From Candidatus Omnitrophota bacterium (GTDB lineage Bacteria > Omnitrophota > Gorgyraeia > Gygaellales > Profunditerraquicolaceae): a stretch of 64,000 bases of DNA. The translations under genes were made by a program, and so were the position numbers. The notes under the pieces are model-generated. The model did not search any database. It saw only the letters and a program-made list of their open reading frames with translations, and was not told the DNA's origin. Where the stretch lies: assembly GCA_043800555.1 (NCBI GenBank), contig JAZDMX010000002.1:668-64667 (forward strand), given 5' to 3'. This document shows, piece by piece, positions 1 through 12,000 of the stretch (within the stretch, counting starts at the first letter, position 1; each line of letters begins with the position of its first letter).

Positions 1-3000
1 GCGGTAATCCAAGTCTGCTCCTTAATGTTAGCCTTATTCCCGTTCTTTCTGGTGAGATAGCCTTCGAATTTTTTCCTGTTTTCAGGAGTATCCTTCATGC
101 CAAACTTCTTGGTTCCTGAAGAAAGCAGTTCAATCATTTTCTCTCTGGCAGTTATTTGTATAAAAGTATAAATCCATGTTTTGAGCCCTACTGCCGGTGA
201 AGACGAAATTGTGGGATTTGAGGTTGCACTTCCGGAAATGCCAGCTTTTGCGGTGATTGAGGAAGACGCACTTTTCGCGCCACTGGTTTTTGCAGTCTCC
301 GGGCCGGGAATTACTTTGGCCGCGGTATAAGTCCTTACTGCAGCGCCTACATCTTTTCCGGCTCCTTGAGCCAGATTACCTGTATTACCGGATGCACCTT
401 CTGCACCCTGTCCCGCTTCTCCATCTCTGGAGATTGCACTCCGGGAACCTGCCAAACTTCTTAAAACGTTTGCTAAATTGCTTACTGCCTCTGCTACAAC
501 TGCACTTATTTGCGCTCTTATCTGTCTAAAACCGCTAACCAACTTTGAGTAAGAGTCGGTTAGTGAGCCGGCAGGCGGGGCTAATCCGGCTAAGTGAAGT
601 TTGCCATTACTGGTTATTAATGATAACGGGCTGCTCACAACCTTTAATCTGGCATTTAAACCGGGCAACATCGCCGGATTGACCGGGTTAACAATGCTTG
701 AGCTGCTTATAGCGCCAACCAATGAGCCTACGGGAGTGGAAGAAGAAGCAGTATTGGGTATCGTGACCGGAGATGACGCAGGCAAAGCAGTCTCTTTCTT
801 CTCGGTTAATGGCAGAGGCACTTCGCGCTGGCTACCACCCGGGCCATTGCCTTCACCCAAAACGCCTTTACCTATACTACCGCCACCACTGCCACCAACT
901 GCCAAAGCCGCCTTTACCGCTTCCGCTATAATTACCTGCTTCTGTGCCAAAGGAGACGAGGCAGCAACCCAACCACCCTGTTCAATGTATTCTGTTAATG
1001 CTTTTAAAGTAGGAGATAACGGCCTCTGTCCTGAAGCGCTTGGTTGCTGTTTCATACTCTGCATAATAAGCGATTCTATAAAGCTAACGACCGGCCCAGC
1101 CTCTTTACCAGCCTTTTGCAAACGAGCCTTTAGAGCGCCCCATTCAGCCTTGCCAAACTTAGTATCTATATTGCCGATTATCCCTTTAACCTTGCCGACA
1201 AACCCAGCATTAATTTCGTTGGGATCCTGGCTCTTAATATTAAAAGCCTCTCTAATAACTTCCAATAGTTTCTTGGATTTAGAGCCAGCCATCTCTTTCT
1301 CAACAACAGGCTTGCGGGTTGCATACCATTTTTTATATGCGTCTGTTCCATGAATCTGCGGGACATCTTCTTCTTTGATTAAATTACCTTCGATATCAAA
1401 TACCGGCAGGCGATCTTTTCCTGTTCCTCTCGTAATTTCAAACACTTGATCGGCAAAGATTCTATTAACTATAATACCTATTATCACATTAGGAGACAAT
1501 ACGCCTTTTTCTCTTGCGTTGCTTACATTAATCAATCTTCCTTCGGTATTTAAGACTCCGCCCTCTCCCTCAACCTTTGCTCTAGATATAATAAGAGTGA
1601 CTCTTCCATCAAAATTATCCATACCTGCTGTTAACTCCCGGGCTCCATGCCTGTAGGCATTATATTGATCCGCAAAGCCGCCGGGAAGCAAATAGTCGTA
1701 ACTTTCCGATAAGCTAAAACATATATTAGCTGCATCTTGATAGTTTGCTATGCCGATGTGGCTGGTAGGCATACCTGCTCCTGCTAACCTCTCTATTAAA
1801 TGCCCTTTGTTTTCTATCCCGATAGAAAGACTGTCCCTTAAATAATCCATATGAATTCCGCGCAGAATCTCACCCTTAATGCCACCAATGTCCTCGAATT
1901 GCCTATTAGAAGAGGCTTTTGCAACTACCGGCTTTTGCGCCAAAGGCGCAGAAGAACTAAGGCCTTCCGGCTTTTGGGCTTGTAGCGATGTTACTAAAGA
2001 AGAGCTGGCTTTATCTGTTTGCTCTCCTGACAATTCCGCTCTTTTTATGCCTGCAAAATGATCTGCGCCTTCCTGTGTGGCAAAATTCCAACTACCATAA
2101 GGCCGAGAATAAGCCTCCCCTCCAAAAACAGCTCGCTGCTCAACGGTAACTTCCCAGCCCGGTAAAGCCGGATGAACGAATACTTCCAGGGGTGCTTGCG
2201 CTGCCAATGTTTGAGCCTTTGACAGTCTTAGCTCTCTTAACATAGCTTGTCCCGCCGGGCTTGATAAATCGGTTTTGGCGCCGCCACCCCCAAACTCAAA
2301 GCGCCTAAACGGCATCAATGAACCTAATTCATTCTTTTCCACAATGGAATCGACTATTTCCTCATTGGCCGCATTGCCTATTTCTAAATCGCTTAGGCCG
2401 GCTATGTGCCCGATAGCGTCAAGAAGGGTATGGGTAATTTCGTGCGGTATGATTACAGTAAGCAAGTCGCCCCTCCAGCCCGGCCTTAAACCACCCTGCT
2501 CGTCCAGAAGCAGCCTGGAATTTAAGTTTATATTATAGCCGTATTCAGATATGGTGCTATCGGCCAAGCCGTAATCGCCTTCATAGGTATTAGCTGAAGC
2601 CTTTTCTATCTCTTCGTCTAACCGAAAAATAAGCTGCAACTCTTTACCTAAAGCTCCATACACGCCCTGCAGGTTACCTGCGCTTCCAATATTCGCGATG
2701 ACATCTCTGGCGCGCGCTATCTTTACAGCTGTTTCCTCTTTTTCATCTTGAGGCTTATTAACGGATTCCTGCTCCAGCTTATTCAAATAAGATTCCAGCT
2801 TGCTTGTAATCTTATGCAAATACTGCTTGATAAAACCAGCCCCAAGTTCTCCGGTAAGGGCTGCTTCCTGTATTTCCTTAGTCTTACCATCGCGGGCCGC
2901 AATTAAAGAGCCAGAAAGGGCTATGAGGCCTAAGGCCTGCCTGCGCAACATTTCAGCCCTGAAATAAGGCGTATAGAATATTCCGGCTCCGCCTTCTTGC

Positions 3001-6000
3001 GCCGCCACCTTCCTTAAGTTCCGATACGCCGCTATGGTCCTGGCCGAATTCATATCCGCCGGCAAATAATCCTGCCCTTGGCTAAATAGCGAAGAAATGG
3101 TAACTGTAGAAGGCGTATTATCTATAAGCAAAGCTCCTTTTTCGCCAGTTATAACCGGTATGACATTAACCTCTGCTTTACCCACATCCAAAATCGCCTT
3201 TTGCATCATCTTGTAGCTGCGGTAATACCTGTCGTATAAATACGTTCTAAGCATACCCTGCGCAGGCGCAGAATAATCCAGTTGATCCTGCATATTATCC
3301 GTAAATGTTTCAAATGATTCCTGCAACCCGTCAGGGAGCCCGCCTGCCGCTAAACTATCGCCTGACGGGAAATATTCTCCGATACTCTTAATGCGCTTCG
3401 CATATTTCTCCATGGAAGGGTTTTTCTCCAGCTGCTTCTTAAGCTCCGCGCTGTAACGGCTGTTGATACCGGCAAAATCAGCCAAGGTTGTAGCTTCTTT
3501 AAAGAACATATCGGTGAAATTAGATAAGCTGGAAGATGCCCCAAAGAATGAAAGTATATCTTGTTCGGCGCTGCTTAGGTCTCTCTTTTCGGTAAGTTCC
3601 GTAAGATAATCGCGCAATGCCTTATCTTGAGCAAGGATGTCCTGCGTGAAAAGCCTGTATGACGAAAAGATCGCGTAGAAACCCAACAAATCCGTGCCTG
3701 TATTATTAAATATGTCCGGGCTCTTTTCCAGCAAACCACGCAATTTGGATGCGGCTGTTACGGAATCATTCTGGTTGGCGATTTTAGAAAGAGAGGTTAT
3801 TTCCCTGGTGAACGCGGCATTGGCTTTCTGATAATCTGCTGCTGCTCTCCTGCCAAATGCATTTTCCCGGTTGATGACCGAATTATAAAGATAGAACATC
3901 TGGCTGCCGCTACCGGCAAGCAAGCCTTTTACAAAATAAGCCGGGTTGCGCAAGTAAGCCCTTAGCAAGGCCTCTTTTCCGCTTTCATAGAAGAGGGCAG
4001 CTTGTTGAGCTCCGGGAGTCAATAAGCGATAGGCCCCTGCTGCGGAAGCCAAAGAATCATAGGTATAATTAGGGTCTACCAATGCTACCAAGGCATCGGC
4101 AAGCTTGAATCTGTTAAAGCTGAACTTTTCAAAAGTAGGAATAAAATTATACCCGGCAGAATTTTCATCTGTGGGATATATATAGGCATTAATCTGCTCT
4201 ACCATATTCTGAAGATAATCAAAATAGTTGACATTATTGGCTTGGATTGCATTAGCCTGATTTCGGAAGCCTTCTAATACCTGATAGAAAGGCGAAGATT
4301 GAGGGGTATATGGAAGGATGGTATTTATTAACGCATCGGGTGAACCCCTTACGCCGTTAGCCAAACGCGCAGCCTCCAATTGCCCTAGTATTTTCTGGCG
4401 GGCTTCAAGGCTTAATTCTCCGGTTTGTCCTCTAGGCGCATCAGCTGTATTAAACCTCGCATTTTCGATAATTTGGACCACAGGATGGCTGGAATCAAAG
4501 TTGGAGTTTCTGATCTCATCTGGCAATACGCTCTTCTGCAACCCCTCCGGGCTCTTAGCTACTTCGGCAACGCCAAGCAAGCCGCTGGCATCCTGGAAAG
4601 AAGCTTTATCGTTGTAGGCTATCGAATCATATTTGTCTAAAATTCGCGCTGCCTCTGCCAAAACCGAGCGGGCATTGCTCCTCAGGAAATCAGGAGCATT
4701 AGGCTCATTAACGACTTTCTGGAATATGTCTTCGGCTTTTAAGGCAACTTCTTCAAGGGCCATTCTGATGCGCACTTCAGGAGCCTGGCCTGTTTCAGAA
4801 ATAACCACCTTGTAAGATTCTTTATGCTCTATGGCCTCTTTTAACAATTCTTGCAGCCGGGAAGAAAGCCCCGTGTCGCCCAGCGTATTCGCCTGCACGA
4901 CCATAGTTTTTAGCTTTTCGATTATGCCGCGGGACATAGCCGCTTCTCTTACCTGGAAGACAAGCGCGTCCGAAGTCTCGAGTGCTTCTTTTGCTTTCGA
5001 GCTATATTCCACTTTCCTCCTATAATAATCTCCGTCTCCCTCGCCAACGGCCTGCGGAATAAACTTACCAATGGCCCCTATTTCCTCAATCTTCTTCATG
5101 GTCCTAGTATCAAGATTATCTACGGATAACTTACCGTCTTCATAGTAAACAAGCCTCTTGCCCTCTTCAATATCTTCCCGGAGGCTTCTGTTGTTTCTGT
5201 TTATCGCCTGAATAAGGTCGGAACTTGTCCAGTTATGGGCATCTGCCACAATCAAATCAAAAGCGCCTTTATAATCAATACCGGTTGCTCCTCTTTCATT
5301 GGAGAGGACAATGAGCCTGTCTTCTCCTATGCGTTTACTTATATCAAGAATATCTCCTGCAGAAGTGCCCTCTTTTATCTCGGTAACCGTAAGGCCTTTT
5401 CCTTCGAGATTTGCCTTAATTGCCGCGCGCGCGTCTCTGTCTTTAACAAACACGATCAACCCCTTGGTAACGGCCAGATTGATGTCTTTTGCGTTTAACG
5501 GCATAATTTCCGCTGTTTCAAGGCCTTTCGACTCATGCGCAGTTAAAACCCTGTTTCCGATATTAAACAACAGCATAGACCTTACTGATTCCATGGTTCC
5601 GGAAGCGCCGGCAATAGAAGCGTTTTTCTTAAAACGCAGCATTTCTGAAAGGGTCGCCTGCGAAGATGACTTGGATATTTCCAAATTATTCTTAATGAGG
5701 CTTATATCTTTGCCGCTATATCCCAGCTTTTCCTTTTGAGCCGCAACTCTGGCATATATAGCAGCAAGGAACCCTTCTTCGCTAAATACTTTCTTTGCCT
5801 GGGCTTCTCCTCTATTACTCGGGACAATCTTGTTCCCAAGAACCGTAAAATTGCCTTGGCTCTGGGCATCCCGCGCAGCCAGGTATGCCCCGACTTCTTC
5901 CTTGCCAATACCGCGGTCTTTAAGTATATCCAGGGCCTGCCTGCTGATGACTGTTACCCCGTTTTGTTCATAAAAAGAGGCTTTTTTATTAGCTCTCGCC

Positions 6001-9000
6001 TCTTCTATGCCTGTTTCCCTGGAAATAGTGCCATTTTCGAACAAGGGCTCGATTATCCCGAATACTTCTTCAGCCCTGCTAATCTTAGCAGGAGATTTAT
6101 CAACTAATTTCTCTGCCCCGTAAGAACTGATAAAGGTCGTCTTATCCGAGAATGGAATATGGAATTCATCGAAACGCACTACATCGTGATTGTAAATTGC
6201 CCGCATTAAATCGGGGTCATCGGTCCTATTCCTTAAATGCCCGAATTTATCCATCGAGAATACGGTAATCATTTTTGCGTCTCTTAATACATCCTTGAGC
6301 TTGCCTGAATCAGTTTCATTATCCAGGGCGTCGCCATTCTTAATTTCCAAACCAAATTGGCCTAGGAATTCTGCATTATTCAACTCATTTGCCTTCACTC
6401 CCGAGCTTAAGGCCTGGCCCATTTCATCGGAATTCTTGATGACAAGCACCTCATTATTCTTATACACCAGTTTTCCGCCTATTCCTTCTGCCTTAAGCGC
6501 CGCCAGCAGGGCCATTTCTACAGGAAAAGCAAATGTCTTCCCGCCGCCTGAAGATTGCTGCACGCTGCCGCCTTTGGATAAGCCAACAATCATCCGCAAC
6601 TGGCCTTCTGCCGTATCTCTTGAGAACCCTTTGCCGAACTTACCTTCCATATATTTTAAGGCCGAGGCTATAACTATGCCGTATATCTCACTTTCATTAT
6701 TTCTTCCTTCTTTATTGGATTTAATATTCTGGGCAATAAATGCATCCGGCCTAAGCCCTGCGATAAACAAGGAGCCATCTTGAAATATTATCTTGCCCAA
6801 GTAAGCGTTAATGGAATCAACAATGGGCTGCAATTTTATAACATCATCCAGGCTTGCGCCTTCTTTAATACCGACTTTCAAGTCTTGGGTGAGCGTAAGA
6901 GCTCCGATATTAAACCCTGAAGCAGCTTTCTCCATGTCTTTCATGCTGTAGAACCGGCCAATCTCCGAAGAATATTCTGAAAGCTGCTCAACGCTAAAAG
7001 TAATTTTCTCGTTTGCCAGGGGGGAATCCTTGATCTTCTCTAAAGCTTTGCTAAACAAAGAGCCTTCTCTGGCTTGGATACTGTCAATAAACCGGCCGAG
7101 GCGATTCCTTGCTTTTAGCTCGACAGTATTTTCTCCCTCAAGCCTCCCGTAAAGAAGCCCGCCGGCTATCTCTATCAAGGATGCGGTATTTTCCTTAGCG
7201 GCCGACAGGCGCGCGTAATCTTTATTCGAACAAACCGTGCTCAATTCGCCTAATAAGTTATTAACTGCGCCTGCTTCTGTATTAAGCGTATCTGCTGTTA
7301 TGCCGGCATTGAGGATATTCCTTAACGCCCTTAAAGCTTCCAGGGCAGCGCTTAGATTCTCAAATCGTTTTATCTGCCTCCGGTATTCTGCCGCGGAAAC
7401 ATTGTCTACCAGCTCCTTGAGAATCGCATTGGGAGCGAGTTTAACAAAACCGTCCAAATCCGTTATGGGAGTTGTAATTTTTGCGGCCCTGACGTATTCA
7501 CCAATAAGCCCCCAGGTGCTTTCCAAAGCCTTGCTTGAGCCCTTAGAATCAGGGTAAAAATCCTTTATCTTGCCAAATGCCGTCTTTTTATCTTGCGCGT
7601 TATAAGCATCCACTAACCCTTTCTTTAATAACCCTAACTCGCTTAACTGCAATTGATGGATACGGCTTAAATCCGCGCCTTCAAGATAAGCGGATATCCT
7701 TCTCTCTCTCGCATGGAAATAATCTTTATATTTACCGGTTATGGCGGGCTCTTTTCCCTGCGCGCGCTGATACGCCAAGCTCTCGACCTCGCTCATTACT
7801 GAAGAGACATATTCCCTCTTTACTGCTTTATCGGTAATAGCGGACAGATTGGCGGTTAATGTTGTTTCAAATCTTTTCTTAAGGTTATCCGTTAATCCAT
7901 CCCTCCAGATTTCACCTAATTCTATGCCTTTTATCAGGCTGCCGCTCTTCCTTGCGCTCTCAAACAAGGAATCCAGCGCTTTTGTTTTAATCGCTCTGTC
8001 TATGCCTAGCTTAAGGATAATATCCTTCCTGCCGGGGAACCTGAAAGCGATATCCGTAGTGTCGCCTATAGCGGCTTTTGAAACTCTGGCAGCTTCATCG
8101 GAAGTAGCAAAATCCAATAAGCCCGTTCCGCTTCTAAAATTGATTATTGAAGCATCAACCACTTTCCTGACCAAGACATAATTGCCATGATTTGAAGAAA
8201 GTTCTTTTATCTTATTAATCTCTGTTTGTACCTGAGGCCCGTTATCAGCCAAAGCTTCAGTCTTTATCCCTTCTGAAGGATAAGAATTCCTCTGCGCGAC
8301 AAAATCATTAAGATATCCGATAACCCCTTCCTGGTTCCCTTTTAATACCGCATCAAAAGCTTTCTTAAAATTATTGCCTTTATCCCAAATAAAATTAGCC
8401 TGCCCCTCAAGAACTGCCCTGGTAACACCTTCCGGCTCTCCAAGGTTATCATGGGCAAACTTTATGAAATTATCTTTTACGGCGGAGCTAAACCCGGTCA
8501 TCTTCGCTACAGCTTGTTCAAAATTCCCGCCGTTTTCTCTTAATATACCTTTGAACGCATAAAAATCTTCCCTGGAGAGCGCCGTAGCTCCAGCCCTGTC
8601 AATTAAAGAAGGCTCTAAACTCGGCGCCATAAAGAACGGAAGCCACTTAAAAGCTTCTTTTTCTCCGCCGGATAAATAACCGTTTACGCTAAAAAGAGGG
8701 ATTTCTTTACCGTTAATATTAACGCTTCCCTGCTTTCCTGTCTGAAGATCCTTGAGCGGCCGGGCATCAAGCTGGATTCCCGCTGCATTTGCCAAGACGG
8801 AATCGGCCAAGGCTACTGCCTTATCAACGCCTGAAACAAAGCCCGGCATCCAGATTACAGAAGAATCAATCCATTTTCCAAAGCTTATTGCCCTGCCTAA
8901 AGCTCCTGCCGTAGGATTAATTGCCTTAAAAACTATGCCATCTGCGGCATTTTTCTGCAACCCGGACTTTTCTAAGCCCAGCCTGCCGATATTGATAATT

Positions 9001-12000
9001 TTCTCAAACAGGCCCCCTGAAGTTAAGGCCGGGGCTTTGCTGGTTTTCATCTGGAATACTTCAATCATCGGTTTCATCCACAAGCCTGAACGCGGGCCGG
9101 TGACCGCGCTCTGAAGGATATCTGTCATGGTAAGCGGGCCATATACCGGCTTAAAACTTCCATTCTTATCCTTGCCAAGACCTCTTTCTACCATCAACCA
9201 GCCTTTTGCGGAATCTGAATGCACATCCAGTAAGCCTGCCTTATAAAACACTCCGTTCCAGAGGGCTCCGCCAAAAGTAAAAGCAGGCGATACCGCGGTC
9301 CATTCTATAGCGCCTGCCAAGGCGCGGTTGTAAAGTAGTTCCGGGCCAACAGCCTTACTTAAATTCAATATGCCCAGGACTTTTGTTTCCTGTAGCGCTC
9401 CTGCGCCGCCAAATGTTTTCAGGTTCCTGGTAATCTCCATGCCTTGTTTTCCTATATATAAAGCGGTTAACCCGCCCAAAAAGCCTCCGGATACGGCATC
9501 CATTATATAGGCTCTCAAGGGTTTCGTATTTCCGGTAATTAAATCTCCGGTTAGGTTAACTCCTGCTTTTGCGGTTGCGCCAACGGCAAACCCATAGCCA
9601 AACCTATCAAGCCCGGAACCCGTAATCATCCCTGTCTTCAGCCCATACCAGGCCCCCAAGCCTATTACCGCGCCTCTGGCATAATTTAACAGATTGCTAT
9701 TAGACGCCAACCTGCTTAAGAAATCCTGATCTGAAGATTCGCTTTCTATAATTGTTTTGGCCAAAGGAAAGGCCCCGGCTCCAATCGCAATTGAGCTTAT
9801 TAAAGGATATTCTTTAATCATATTTGAAATGGCCGAAGCGGAGGATAAATTTACGATTGCCGAAGATGCGCCAAAGATAGCGCCAAAGATAGCGCCATTG
9901 GCTGCTCCTTGCGCATAAGAAGTTAGGACGTTGGAAGCGGTAATTCTCTGCCCGTCGCCATTTAATGCCGCTAAGCTTGCGCCGGTAATCGCATTGACCT
10001 GCCCCCAGAGCGCGGACTGAGAAAAAACGGAGCGAGCTAACGCGTATCCCTCTCCGGCGGCGATGCTTTTTCCCAAGGGGCCGGTTAAGCCTGCGGCAAC
10101 AAGCGCAAAATTAGCATCCCGCGGGAGAAATCCGTTCCAGACAGATTCCCCGAAGTTTGCTACGCTATTAATCTTGCTGCGGTTATCATAAACTGACCTG
10201 CCTGCACTTACCGCGTTGGGGATGCCGACAGTCAAGGCGACAGATTGAGTAACCGCCGGATTAATAAAACTGAAATTGATCAACGCGTCCTGGCCGAAAG
10301 TCAAAGCTTTGCCCGAAGACATATAAGAAATTTGGTTCGCCAATACGTCTGAAACTGCGGCAAATTGAATGCTTGAATTAGTTATAGAGAAACCGGCGTT
10401 TTTTAAAACGCCTAATTCTATAGCAGTCATCCCCGCCTTACCCAAATACGCTATAGCAAGTTCGTATAATCCCGAGGCTGCATAACCATTGTTAATGAGG
10501 TAATTGCCTTCTTCTATCCCCGCCTTTAACGAGCCTAATCCGCCTGCTTCAGATGCTTTAATCTTAAACCCTGTCCCGGGGTCGATTAAATCCCAGTCCT
10601 GTGAGTTATCGCCGACCCTGTCCACTCTAATTGAGCCATTTTCTTCAAGATAACCGTATATAGACTTGCGGGTAGGTTCTGAATAGAACAATCCCGGTAT
10701 GCTGCGTATAGCGTGCAGGTTTGTTCTTGTCCAAGCTTCATTCCCCCATTGTTTCAATGTATTGATGCCGGTCATATATCCCAATAGGTAATCTGCTCCG
10801 GAGCCAAATGCAGTTGCCCCTGTAAAAAGAGTGGCAAAACCGGCATCTATGCCCTTTTCCAGGTATCGGCCTGCTTTGGCATCAAAATACCCCAATTGCG
10901 CCAACCCTTCCGCGGTAAACTCTTTAGATTGGCGAAGATAATAAGCGGAATCATTCTTTGCCCCTGCCAAATTCGCAATTTCTCCGCTGGCGTAAGTAAG
11001 CCAGCCGCCTATTTGCCCAAAACTGCCTGCTATTATTTTTAGACTAGCGGCTACGTTATCCGGGATGCTAAGCCCGCCTGCCGGGCCTCCTATGCTAGCC
11101 AATTCCATCTTGGCCCACTGGCCGTCGGACATCAACTGATACTCGCCGCTGGCAAGCTTAACAGCTGTCCCCGGTAGGCTACCGGTAAAGGTATGCGTCA
11201 GTTCTCCGCGGCCTGAAGCGCCCCCGGCCTTGATATCAATGGTAGAAATATATTTACCGCTAGAAACTTCCTGGTTCCCCAACTTTATCCCCTGAACAGC
11301 CGTAAATTGCGTCCCGGCATCTTGTGTCATCAAGCGCGACTGCATATTATCGGGGTTTATAGAAACAGGAAGCGAGCCTTCATCGAGCCTGACTTTATTA
11401 TTAAGCCGCGCTGACGGGTCGGTCGCGCCAAAAGAAAAGAGCCTGTCGGAAGAAATCCTCTTACCGCTAACGGTTTCGTTACTGCTATTATCAAGCGACA
11501 AAAGATGCCCTTTTAAATCAGCCAACGGGACATCCACGGCGTGATCCCGGCTAAGAGCCGCTTCCCAGACTCCAGGAATATCCGTTTTATCGGCGTTCTT
11601 CGCGATAGATAGCTGAAGCGGTTCTTTTGAGCCGCTTGATTTCAAGCTCATCGCCGGAAGCCCATCCCATTTAAGAGATATTGTCTTCCACGAGCCGCCC
11701 TGCGGGTTAGCGGCGCTGCCGTTGCTATCGGGTTCAAATGCCAAAACAGGAGCGTTAACTCCCCTGGCTGTAAGTATTATCCCGCTGCCTGAATTATCGT
11801 TGGAAGAAACAGGGGCATTGACAATTCTTTCCCGCGCGCTTTGCTGGACCTGCACGCCTTCCGATGTCCCCTCCCAACTCTGCACTGCCCTCCCATCAAT
11901 CGCTTCCAAGGTCGAAACATACCGGGAGCCGGCTGGGTTATTAAGGATCGCTTGCTCGCCAACCTTGCCTGTGCCGGTCAAAACCAGGCGCGTCCCCAGC

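Noticed and set aside
5150-6660. Housekeeping secA gene fused by assembly error
   Set aside because: Motifs are far too diverged for essential SecA (DEFH, QAINRNNR), and the frame is continuous on both sides.
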